From: Neoechinorhynchus agilis
Taxonomy: Eukaryota; Animalia; Acanthocephala
Assembly: GCA_051530055.1 (NCBI GenBank)
Contig: CM121341.1
Span: forward strand, 868,001 to 932,000
Direction of reading: 5' to 3'
Length of the DNA: 64,000 nt
A model generated the notes under the pieces. The model worked only from the letters and a program-made list of their open reading frames with translations, did no database searches and was not told where the DNA came from. Below are positions 12,557 to 21,949 of the stretch, in pieces. A program made the translations under genes and the position numbers. The first letter of the stretch is position 1. Every line of letters starts with the position of its first letter.

Positions 12557-13162
12557 AACGGTCATGGGCACTGAGCGCAGACCAGCGCCTCCCAGACCGA
12601 AATTGCTGGACTGTGTGTCCATTCGGCCGTGTAGGGAAAAATATCTATCAAAACGAAATACCGTCCGGTGTAGGAGAGTACAACCAAGAATCCAACCAAG
12701 ACGACAATACTCGTGGTGTGGCAAGAATAGGACACAGCAAGAGCGAACTCACCAATCACGCCACCAAGACGAGGGGCCGTACCAGAGATATAACTCCCCC
12801 CCAAAAAAAAGAATGATGCTCGGGCGCCCGTGAGGGCTACATAAATGACCACGGTGTGTGTGTAGAGTCAGTTCCTAAAAAACCCCAATAAAAACAGTTT
12901 TGTCCGACATTCCAAACTGAAGATAAAATGTTCTCAGTCGCTTCGTAGCCAGGAACATCGCCGGCATTATGGGCACGACCGGCAGCGACCAGTATAACTA
13001 AATTAATAAAAAGCCACGTGAAATACCATTTTATTTCCAACCGCTTAAACCCCACTTCACATCACCATGCGCCTTGGTAGATTCCTGAAGAAGCTGAAAG
13101 ATCGAAAATAAAGACTTTTTCTTTGCAGGTCATCTAACAGATATATTGAAAAGATAATTCAT

Positions 13163-13340
13163 TGTTATTTGTCGATAGGAGAAATAAATGAAATTAAGAA
13201 TTTATTGATTTTTAATCTAATCGACTAGATCTAGTCGATTAGATTAATTTACAATCGCTGAAGAAGATCCGAGATATTGGATCGAAATATCAAATCAATA
13301 AATTCTCAATTTCATTTATCTCTCCTATCGACAAATAACA
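13163..13340. repeat. Foldback element: 49-bp inverted repeats around a perfect 36-bp palindrome and a hammerhead-core-like motif
   Basis: 13163-13211 is the reverse complement of 13292-13340 with 2 mismatches. Perfect palindrome 13212-13247. CTGAAGA-A-GATCC..GGATC-GAAA-TAT-C at 13258-13291. Duplicate at ~40531-40708. Confidence 0.85.
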
Positions 13341-13752
13341 GATATATTCATTCTTACATAAAATTTAATAATTATGTACTAAATTAACATTGCGAAATAT
13401 AGAAAAAATTCATCAATTAATAAATGTTGCCCTTAAAGAAGAACATCATTATTTCCATTAAAAATTATATTTAAAAAACTTAAGTGATATTTGACGATTT
13501 CCTTTGGCCGAGTAAAATGCCTCTTGTTTGGGACCGGACGCATCTTTAGAAATGCATTCAGAGAAAACTACGTCGTTTGTCGTTTTTCACTGACGCGTAA
13601 AGTTGTGAAGGGAAAAGAGATGATAAAAGGATTCATTTAATAGTGTACTAATAATTGTACGATTGAAAGCTTCTTAATAAACCGCAGCCAACCATAATGC
13701 ATCGAATTTTCATTCATTTTTGTCCGGAATTCCGCCGAAACAATCGTTATTA

Positions 13753-14190
13753 AGCGTAATATTTTAAACACAAATATCCTATCTCGATATTTTTATCTTA
13801 ATTGAAGTTTAGCTTATTAAGGCGCCGTTTCGTCTTCATAATTTTTTCCCCACCAAATATATGATCTCCCTCACGATCATGCACAAAAAGTCTTTTATTT
13901 TTAGAACTTAGAACGATAAAATCCATAGCTAAATGACTGAAAAGCGTAATATTTTAAACATTAATGTCCAATCGGGATATTTTTGTTTTAAATTAAGTTC
14001 AGTTTATGAAGACGTCGTTTTTCCTTAAAAGTTTTATTTGTCCACCAAATATATCCTCTCCACCACGATAATGCACAAAAGTCGTTTATTTTTGGAACTG
14101 AGGACAATAAAAAGTATAGTTCTAAGGCTGGAAAGCGTATTATTTTATACATAAATATCCTATCTCGATAATTTTATATTAAATGAAGTT
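13753..14190. repeat. ~190-bp tandem repeat, about 2.3 units
   Basis: AAGCGTAATATTTTAAAC-type unit starts at ~13753, ~13943 and ~14133, with internal CCACCAAATATAT..CACGAT.ATGCACAAAA. Confidence 0.85.
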
Positions 14191-14607
14191 TTATTTTGCT
14201 TTCATTTTTTCATGTGTGTGTCCAGATATTTTCATAATAACGACGAATGTCTTGTCTCATTTTTTGGTTTAACTGTCGATTACTAATTCCTCATGAAATC
14301 CATAATTTTCCACGGCTTTCAAACTTTCTTTCTATATGACTAATCTAAACCCAGGTATTCATCATAGACAAAATTCTGATTCAGATCATGGACACACCTT
14401 TACAAGGGGATGACAGTTCCCTTAAAAAAAGGTGATCTCATTCGTTAAGCAAAAAAAGTGTTAAGCCCTTGTATAGATGAGTGCTTTTCCAACGCAAATG
14501 CACAGCAAAAACTTCTTAAAGGATGCATCATTCTTCATTAATGTGAATCACCAAATGGTATAAAAACGGCAAACGCTTAAACTCAAGTAAATTTTTCAAA
14601 TCTTAAG

Positions 14608-16710
14608 ATGGAGAACCCAATGGAAACCAGACGTAAAAAGTCTTCGGCAATGTTTGTATCTCCAAAAAGTCTTATTTTCACTGCAATCAATCACCTTGCA
14701 GAGTCACTCCGGTGTTAATTACAATCATTGGATTGATATCACTCGCTCTGGTAGTAATCATAGCGGGTGTCGGTATTGGATTTGCATTTAGAAATCGGGG
14801 AAATAGTACTAACAATGGATTCGTAGCTCCGACACTTTTCGGTTCGTATTTTTTTATTTGGTGATGTTTTACGAAAAAGTGCAGAAACGAGAGGAGATGC
14901 AGTTCTTAATGCGAGGATACTTTCAGGAGATGCAAGAGTGGGGGACACTATTAATAGAAGGATCCTGCAAGACGACGTTAGTCTTTTTCTTGTAATCAAC
15001 GAAAATGTTAATTTTTAGATTAACGCGAGATTAATAAGAGGTTTACGCCAATTGGGAAGATTTCCGTTTTTTCTACGTGTGTTAGAAGTACAACCAATTC
15101 AAAGTATAAGCGGTAGAATGTTGAAGTTTGTATTCGGTAGTTTAAAACTCAATAACCTTATCATATTCTTTTCAGCGTCACCATGAACTTTACAGTCTAT
15201 TTTCAGAGAAGATGTTCGGATAATTGCACAATAGGGCGTCAAACGCTTTTAGCGAATGCCTTTAAAAATCTGACCATCAATATTGGCACGGGTATTGCTG
15301 TAGTGGAGAATGCAACCGTTAATCTCGGTGCTGGTAAGTTACTCGAACGTAGAATGAAGTTGTGTATAAACCAATTAAACAGAAACCGAATCAAGCGCTG
15401 GAACTTTGGCAAATATCACTGCGGAGAGAAATCAGCTACCACTGTCAACAAGTCTTCTACCGTTGGGTAAGTCGTTGACTGTTTAATGTTCAGGAAAGTC
15501 ATCTAAAAATAGTGGCTGACTGGAAACAGGCTACAATAACGCTGGGTAACAATGCCGATACTTTAACTCCGGCGATGGTGGAAAACCAAGTGAATCAAAT
15601 CATTCACGATGTAAGTTATTTTTAAAAAGTTTAATGGAAATTCAAAATTCGACGAATAGCTTAATGCTTATGTGAGTGGTGAGACAATTTCCAATCAATC
15701 TGTAATCTTCATAAACTATATTGGCACTGCGCCGACAATCAATGCAGCTGGTACACCATTAACAATCAAATTAAGAACCCTTCACCATCGTGGATGTTTG
15801 GATTGCAATTCAACATTGCTTGCTGCCTTGAGACACCAACTCTCAATTTTAAGGATCTCGTGTTATAGAGAGTCGATGTCATACGAACTTCGCTCAATGG
15901 ACGGTTCGCATCTCAATTCGTTCAGGCCAGAATGGAGTATCAACCCAGACCTCTAACGAACGTTGCGGGCATGAATTTTGTCTTAGAAAACAGTAAGATT
16001 AGGTGTTGAGACCAAACAAGAATCCGCGTTGGTTTTTAGCTACGGAATTGACGGTACAGGAAGCTCAAACCATGCTAGAAGCAAAATCGTTATTAGTACG
16101 AACACGTAATGAAAAAATGTTTCGGGCAATACATTAATGTTGATTTAGAAATACCGTTGACGTTGAAAATAACTTGCGATGTTAAATGTCCAGCAGAAAC
16201 CGGCAACACCGCCCCAGCACAAGTGGATGTCCAAAATAGAGTAAGCATTTATTTTAATTCAACATCATCACGAAATTAATCAACTTAACAGATTGTGGAA
16301 ATTCTAAGAGGAATAAATAAAACGAACACTCAAACCGTACCTTACGCAGTCGGAAACGTCGTATATAATAAACCAGATGCAGGGTAAGGGAACCGGGAAA
16401 AGACTTTACCCATTGTGATTTTAGACTAACGACGGACATCACAATGAACGTCTATTATAATACTTCTCTCACTTCGTTTACGGAAAGACAAGATGCATTA
16501 CAGGCAGTTTTTAAAAATCAACTCATAAGGATTACTAATTTAAATGCAACAATGGGGAATACTCCAGTAGGCAGTAGCCCAGGTAATTTTTACTATTATA
16601 GCACAATTCTTCAAACGTTAAAAAATTATAGGCAGTGGACTCTATGTAACGCCAGCGGACTGGAACGCTCTGACTCCACTTTAAGTCTTCATAAGTGGAT
16701 GAGAGTTTGA
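14608..16710 (+). CDS. Multi-exon type II single-pass membrane glycoprotein, copy 1 (unknown family, possibly SEA-like repeats)
   Basis: Manual splicing with ~45-55-nt GT-AG introns: MENPMETRRKKSSA|IVTPVLITIIGLISLALVVIIAGVGIGFAF (TM), then an ectodomain rich in NxS/T sites, ending HKWMRV*. One segment (~15790-15870) cannot be joined without a stop or an unrecognised intron. Confidence 0.65.
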
Positions 16711-17096
16711 AGTTATTGTGAGTGAATAAATTACCATTCGTTTGAAGACTTTGAAGGCAATCATAAAGATCGATATCGATCAAATTAGTCGATGACTAAC
16801 AATAAGCCTAAGTGATCCTTCACTATTTCATCTAACTCTATAAGCGATTTAAAAAATCAATAATTTCAATCGTATTGAAAATGTAGATAGCGAGTCGTGC
16901 ATTTTTCAACAATTTAAAAATCGGAGAAAAAAGAATCGCAAAAACCGACATTTTTAGTTTTCGAACTCAAGGGTAAAAAAGCGTTTTATGCAATATTCTT
17001 GCTGTTAATTTTCGTCAACTGATCGCAGTAGAATGCTCGAGCGTAATAATCTAGACCTTAATTTTCGCACCGGTTTATTTCATAACGCATGCAAAT

Positions 17097-17560
17097 TCAA
17101 CAAAAGTGTTCGTTTCCATCACTGCTTTTACTAAAGGCAATCGCACTTCTCATGGGCTCTTCTCCCACCAAAAGCTGCATCAGTCTATCAAGTCCAAAAG
17201 CAATTCCGCCTTGAGGGGGCGTAGCGTAATCCAAAGCGCGTTGTAGATGATCGAATTTCGATGAATTTATATTCAAGTATTTTGTAAAAATATGTCGTTG
17301 TAGATTGGCATCGTGAATTCGCATAGATCCAGAAGCGATTTCGACGCCGCTTAATACGAGATCGAACGCAAAAGACCGAATTTCAAGGGGATCTTTGTGA
17401 TCAAGATTTTCAGGAAGCGTGAAAGGATAATGTGCTGATCTTAGTGCTCCATTTCCCGATCGTTCAAATAGCGGCATAATCGGTCCATTTGAATAAAAAG
17501 ACATTTAGAAGGGAAAAACTCTTCAGGTCGAAGAAATGTTCAATCTCGAAACATTTTTAA
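17097..17560 (-). pseudogene. C-terminal fragment of mitochondrial/bacterial-type aspartyl-tRNA synthetase (DARS2-like), copy 1
   Basis: PLFE..SAHYPFT..DP..RS..FDLVL.GVEIASGSMRIH..LQ..ALDYATPPQGGIAFGLDRL..IAFSKS. Frameshift just upstream (FLFKWTDY / MPLFE), substitutions in HHPFT, PPHGG and FPK, no N-terminal two-thirds. Confidence 0.88.
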
Positions 17561-17663
17561 TGTGCCAGATAAACTGGAATACTACTAGAATGCAACAATT
17601 AGACGACACGATAAATGTACGTACACGAACTAGAATAATGTGGCTCTATGCTTCGTTCATCTC

Positions 17664-18400
17664 TACCTTCAACTATCTCTTAATCGTCGTTCATTTCTTC
17701 TTCCTCACGCACTCTTTCTGGTTCGCCTTTGACAACCTGCTCCTCCCTCTCGGGCAACGGTATATGTTCGTCGCTGCTACTGGGCGATGTTTCCTTTGCT
17801 TCCTTGGTCTCCAATCGCCTTCTTAAATCATCTCCATTTGCGCGTCTAAGAATTCCTTCTTCGTTTTTTACTGTAAATGAGACTGGACTCCTTTGAATAG
17901 ATAATTAAAGTCGTGGCGATTGGCGTTCTGGGGTGAAAGTGGGTAACATTATGAAAGTCAAGTCAATCGATCTAGTAAGGCTTTGGGTTAAGACTCCCGG
18001 GAAACAATAAATTTTGGTCAACGTAAAGTTTAATTAGAAAAGAAGAGACTGCTGATGGTAAATCTTCGGACGAACGCATATCGTTAAAATATTTATCATT
18101 GTTACTGGCGAGTTTTGTAAATAAGGATTCATAGTTTGTGATTTTGAAAGAAATCCTTCACTCATAATTGACAGTTTTAGACGTAAACATATTTAGCTTT
18201 TTGTTGATTTTTAATGTAGCGTGAAAAATTGAACATTTGAGTTGTTTCAGTAAAGTGGGATCAAATAAGAAGTTTCCGCAGTTGTTGCTGAACGCACGCC
18301 TGTCCAATTTTAATCCAGCAGCTTTCGATTTACGCGACTTACATTATTAAATGAAGAAATCAGATCCATTGCAGGAAATTTCGCTTTTATTTCCTTTAAG
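17664..18400 (-). CDS. Possible small multi-exon gene with a charged C-terminal exon
   Basis: Acceptor CATTTACAG near 17872, then an open exon KNEEGILRRANGDD...EENERRLRDS*. Upstream open frames and a GTAAGT donor near 18340 are present, but I could not assemble the exons. Confidence 0.3.
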
Positions 18401-18637
18401 CTTCGCATTGTCAGGCGTGCCAGTATTTCTTAACGCCGAGACGTTTATTGCATTTGTTATTGGTGGCTTAAAATAAGGACTAATTTGTAAAAATCCATAT
18501 AAATTGCGTAGTAATCGTTTGTTGCCCTAACAGGTCTTATACTAAAAGCAGGTGAAAATTGCACAAAGAAGCAATATTGCGCTTGATTTGTTACTATTTG
18601 AACCGGTTTGGCTCCAAATTCTTAAAATGTTTTATTA

Positions 18638-19566
18638 TTAGGCCACTGTCTCTTTGCCGGTCAAATCGTCGCTGCTGACCGAATTTGGACTATAAAGAAT
18701 AGTAACATACATCTTGTTATTGTCAATAACAGCGGCACCTGCGCCGATATGGGTAACGGTCCCGTCCAGGACAGGAGCATACCGTTTTTCCCGCATTGCA
18801 ACAGGATCGGTTTGAGCTGACAAATACTCAGACACTAAAGTATCGACGATATTCTTAGGATCCAGCAGTCCATCCGCTCCAATCACAGTTTGTCCGAAAT
18901 CCTCTCCCGTTGAAAGTGTCATTTGTTCACCGTCCAAGTGAGCTACCTGATCAGTAGCCGCCATCAAACCAACCTGATCGTTCGCTATTTTATCTAGCTC
19001 TTCGTTATACTCCAGTTTGGGAACTCCATGAGAAAGTCTGTGCCAATTGTGACGATCAAAGATTTCTTTGATAAATTGTTCAACTCTTTCTATTTGCAAA
19101 CAGAAATCACCCATTTAAGAACACACGAGTACATACCTTCGTCAAATACACTCATTTCACTTTCACTCATTGCATCCAGCAGTATTTGCTTTCCTTGGAA
19201 AAAGCGTGCAGGGAAAATCGTTCCCCTAGTGCCATTGTCCAAATCTTCGTTCAGTATAGTATCATTCATCTTAACGGAAGCGTGCCCATGGGGGGAGTCT
19301 AGTAAAGCTGTATTATCTGGTTCATCGCTCGTAAAAACATCTTCAGCTTCGTGATCGTGAGATTCCCATCCACTTTGATCTAGAGATTCGTTAGAATGTT
19401 CGCTCTCGTCTTCTTCATCATCTAAAATGAGGACTTGTTACTTTTTATTGGGATACTAGCTGCTTGAAGTACCGTAGGAGCAACAGCCTCCAAACATTTC
19501 GCTAAGTATTTGAAATCTTGAGCTTCTGACGATTAAAAGGTATGAGGATGTTGCTTAGCGACTATG
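18638..19566 (-). CDS. CAP/SCP (GAPR-1-like) domain protein with acidic N-terminal region; 5' end missing or beyond the BEL insertion
   Basis: F..RHNWHRLSHGVPKLEYNEEL...A...AH....GEDF...E....THIGAGAA....YVTILYSP is a CAP-domain pattern. Upstream acidic exon, further small exons and splice sites up to ~19566. Confidence 0.75.
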
Positions 19567-19611
19567 CTTACTGGATAGAAATCTAAATGGTATTTTCGAA
19601 AAAAAATTCGT

Positions 19612-21526
19612 TCATCCTGCATATTTACGTAGGAGACTGATAAGCATTAAAATTAAAAATAAAAACGAAAAAATATTCTGGAAAGGTCGAATGCGACGCG
19701 CAAGGAACTTCCGAACGGCTTTCCAGGTATCTTCAGCCGATAATAAGCGAAATAGCTCAAGATGTAAAGCTCGAGTGACCGCACATGTTATGAGTAGAAT
19801 CCAGACCTTGGTGCCTCGCTTGGTGAAAAGAGGACCAGAAAAATCTAATCGACATTCTTCGAATGGTGCATTAACTCGAGGGCGAACAGGTTGTAGAGCG
19901 GATTCTGGAGCAATGAATGGGAGAGTGCGATAAGGGCGGCATCCTGAACATGCGTTAACCAACTGACGGGTAAGTGATCGTTCGGTTGGAATCCAGAATT
20001 TCTTGCGAAGTTCTCCGAGCGTTGCTTCAGAACCTTGGTACAAGAGACCACGGTGAAAATGATCCACAATGAGTTGAGCTAGAACACTCTTGGGATGGAC
20101 CAACGGAAGAGCTGGAGTTCCAGTTCGGGGAAAAACAGCCAGAATTACATCTTTGAGGCCTACATGAAGCTTGCTCAAATTGAAAGTGCGAGGAAGACAA
20201 GAATGATCCCCAAGATATTCAAGTTCCTCTGAGTAGTGTTGAGATTGATGATCAACAACGATATCTTGAAGGGCTGACGCGCGTTCCTCGAAGGTGAGGG
20301 GTGGGTAACTGCAACGGAGCTGAATCGAACTCAACGTGGAACAGGAAACCTGCACGATCGCAGATCCGAATACCACCGATTGAATGTATCGCGCAACTGT
20401 CCTGGAAGTCCATCATCCCAACGCAGATTGGTTCGCCAGGAGTCTTGTAATAGAATACGACCCCGTAAGAGAAGCGGAATCGGCCGTTGCCCGGGTGTAA
20501 CGACATAGACGATGAAAGCATATCCTCAAATGGACACATCGCAAAAGATGTGGATAACTGCAACGGAGCTGAATCGAACTCAACTTGGAACAGGAAACCT
20601 GCACGATCGCAGATCCGAATACCAACGCTCAGTAAGGAACGACGTGTAATGCTGGAGGGTAAATCCAAATTTGAAACATTGACGAATAAATTATCAAGCT
20701 GCGGATCCCTGGCTACGCCAAGGACACGGGAAGGATTTTGGACAGGGCGTAGTTCCATTCCTCCATTTCTCAATAGCTGAGTCGATTTATAGGAGAATTC
20801 CTCCAGACTCCCTTTATCATCCTCGCTACCAAGAACAACATCATTGCAATAAAGGGATTCCATTAGCGTATCGGCCAATGGGGCTTGTCCTGGCATGGAA
20901 AATAACTGTTGAGTGGAACAGAAATGGACTACTTGATAGATCGAAGGGCACCCGAGCAAACTGACAGTCAACACCATCAAACAAGAACTTAACCCATTTG
21001 CGATCAGCTTCTGCCAGGACAAAGGAATGAAAAGCTGCCTTAATGTCAGCGACGAAAATGTATCGCTTGAGGCGGAAACGGAGGATGATGTCCTGCAACG
21101 ATCCTGGTAAATTAGGACCCGGATCTAAGCATTGATTGAGGGACACCCCGTGACGATCCTTCGCTGGCCCATTGAAAACGATTCTGGGTTTCGGAGGAGA
21201 TGCTAGATGATGGGGAAGGTAGAATCCGGTATAGCCAGGACTGGATGAAGCTTCGATGACACAATCGGATAACACTGCTTCCATCTTGTGCGCGTAGATG
21301 GGTTTCTTGTTCTCATCCAGAGCAGAAGTTAGTCTATTTTGAACAGACGCCACCGCCCTACGATTACAGCTAGGTCGTCTAATTCCCCGGAAAGGTAAAC
21401 GGACTGTATATCTACCATTAGAGAACTCGGGATCTGGATATTCCTTCGAATCAATGTTATCGATGCCGATGGCTTCAAGGTTCCATAGCCGTTCAACCGG
21501 AGCCGCAGAAAGTGATGGTGAAACAA
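19612..21526 (-). mobile_element. Decayed BEL/Pao LTR retrotransposon pol (RT, Pao RNase H region, integrase)
   Basis: YLPHH..KPRIVF..SLNQCLDPGPNL..LRFR..ADIKAAF..PFDLSSSPF; YCND in place of YVDD; RVLG; integrase H..H..C..C and LDFSGP..WILLITCAVTRALHLE. Frameshifted, with an internal ~70-bp direct duplication (20305-20376 / 20553-20623). Confidence 0.9.
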
Positions 21527-21660
21527 TGCCTGGGACTGGTCTAAATCGGACTTGAATTTTAGTCTATCCCTTTCCTTGTCCGGCTTATTTTTTTAGGCTT
21601 AAAGCTAAACCAGTTACAGCGCTCACCCTGAGTCGATAAACTGGCTGAGTTTGACATTTC

Positions 21661-21845
21661 GTAGCTGTGTCGAGGCAGTCAAGTGGACTAATGCCCGTGA
21701 TCCCGATTAGGGGTCAAGTGGTTCGAATCCGCTACTACCATTGACGCACAGCCAAAGGGGACGAAATACCGCTGAAGGGAGGAAACTCACTGATGAGTCC
21801 CGCCTCCTGGAGGTATCTGAGGATCCGGAGGAATGTACAAACTCT
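21661..21845 (+). mobile_element. tRNA-headed/hammerhead SINE-like element, copy 3 (best preserved)
   Basis: tRNA-like head 21661-21740 with T-arm AGTGG-TTCGAAT-CCGCT, perfect B box GGTTCGAATCC (21720-21730) and a degenerate A box. The ribozyme module follows ~17 nt later. Confidence 0.88.
21758..21826 (+). ncRNA. Hammerhead ribozyme with non-circularly permuted strand order, intact core
   Basis: GGGAC(21758-62) GAAA(63-66) TACC ... CTCA(86-89) CTGATGA(90-96) GTCCC(97-801) ... GGTAT(812-816) C(817) TGAG(818-821). Stems II (5 bp), III (5 bp) and I (4 bp) all Watson-Crick, and all core nucleotides match. Activity is untested. Confidence 0.85.
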
Positions 21846-21949
21846 TAACCGCGCATTAGAGACTATGTGTTTATATCACTTCTCTGATGCAATTTTTTGG
21901 ATTTATGCCTAAAAAACAAGCCGGACAAGAAAGGGGTAGACTAAAATTT

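Larger units (their letters stand above)
7165..12850 (+). mobile_element. Decayed Ty3/Gypsy LTR retrotransposon, interrupted by a LINE and a SINE-like element
   Basis: PBS-like TGGCGACG ~7348; gag (YEELIELLDAHY, WIANLREKA); CCHC knuckle CFNCQRLGHF ~7975; protease remnant; RT (KPNGDIRICGDF, YLDD ~8875); RNase H (CDANEKGRGAV, VAYASRAL, EKEGL) 11760-12200; integrase start. Many stops and frameshifts. LTR-like motif GGGCTACATAAATGA at ~7183 and ~12834. Confidence 0.85.
21555..21948. mobile_element. MITE-like unit with ~43-bp imperfect terminal inverted repeats enclosing SINE/hammerhead copy 3
   Basis: 21555-21598 AATTTTAGTCTATCCCTTTCCTTGTCCGGCTTATTTTTTTAGGC is near-complementary to 21907-21948 GCCTAAAAAACAAGCCGGACAAGAAAGGGGTAGACTAAAATT. 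No clear TSD. Confidence 0.7.

Noticed and set aside
7165-13000. Intact paired LTRs for dating the Gypsy element
   Set aside because: Only a ~20-nt motif is shared between the presumed 5' and 3' LTRs, so they may belong to different elements.
13753-14190. CRISPR-like array
   Set aside because: Contiguous ~190-bp units without unique spacers, in a eukaryotic context.
17097-17504. Horizontally transferred bacterial aspS
   Set aside because: Nuclear-encoded mitochondrial AspRS is bacterial-type, and the base composition matches the host. A degenerate fragment needs no HGT explanation.
21661-21740. Functional tRNA gene
   Set aside because: The T-arm and B box are good, but the acceptor stem is mismatched, I could not assign an anticodon arm, and homologous copies diverge freely. 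Treated as a SINE head; tRNAscan-SE would settle it.
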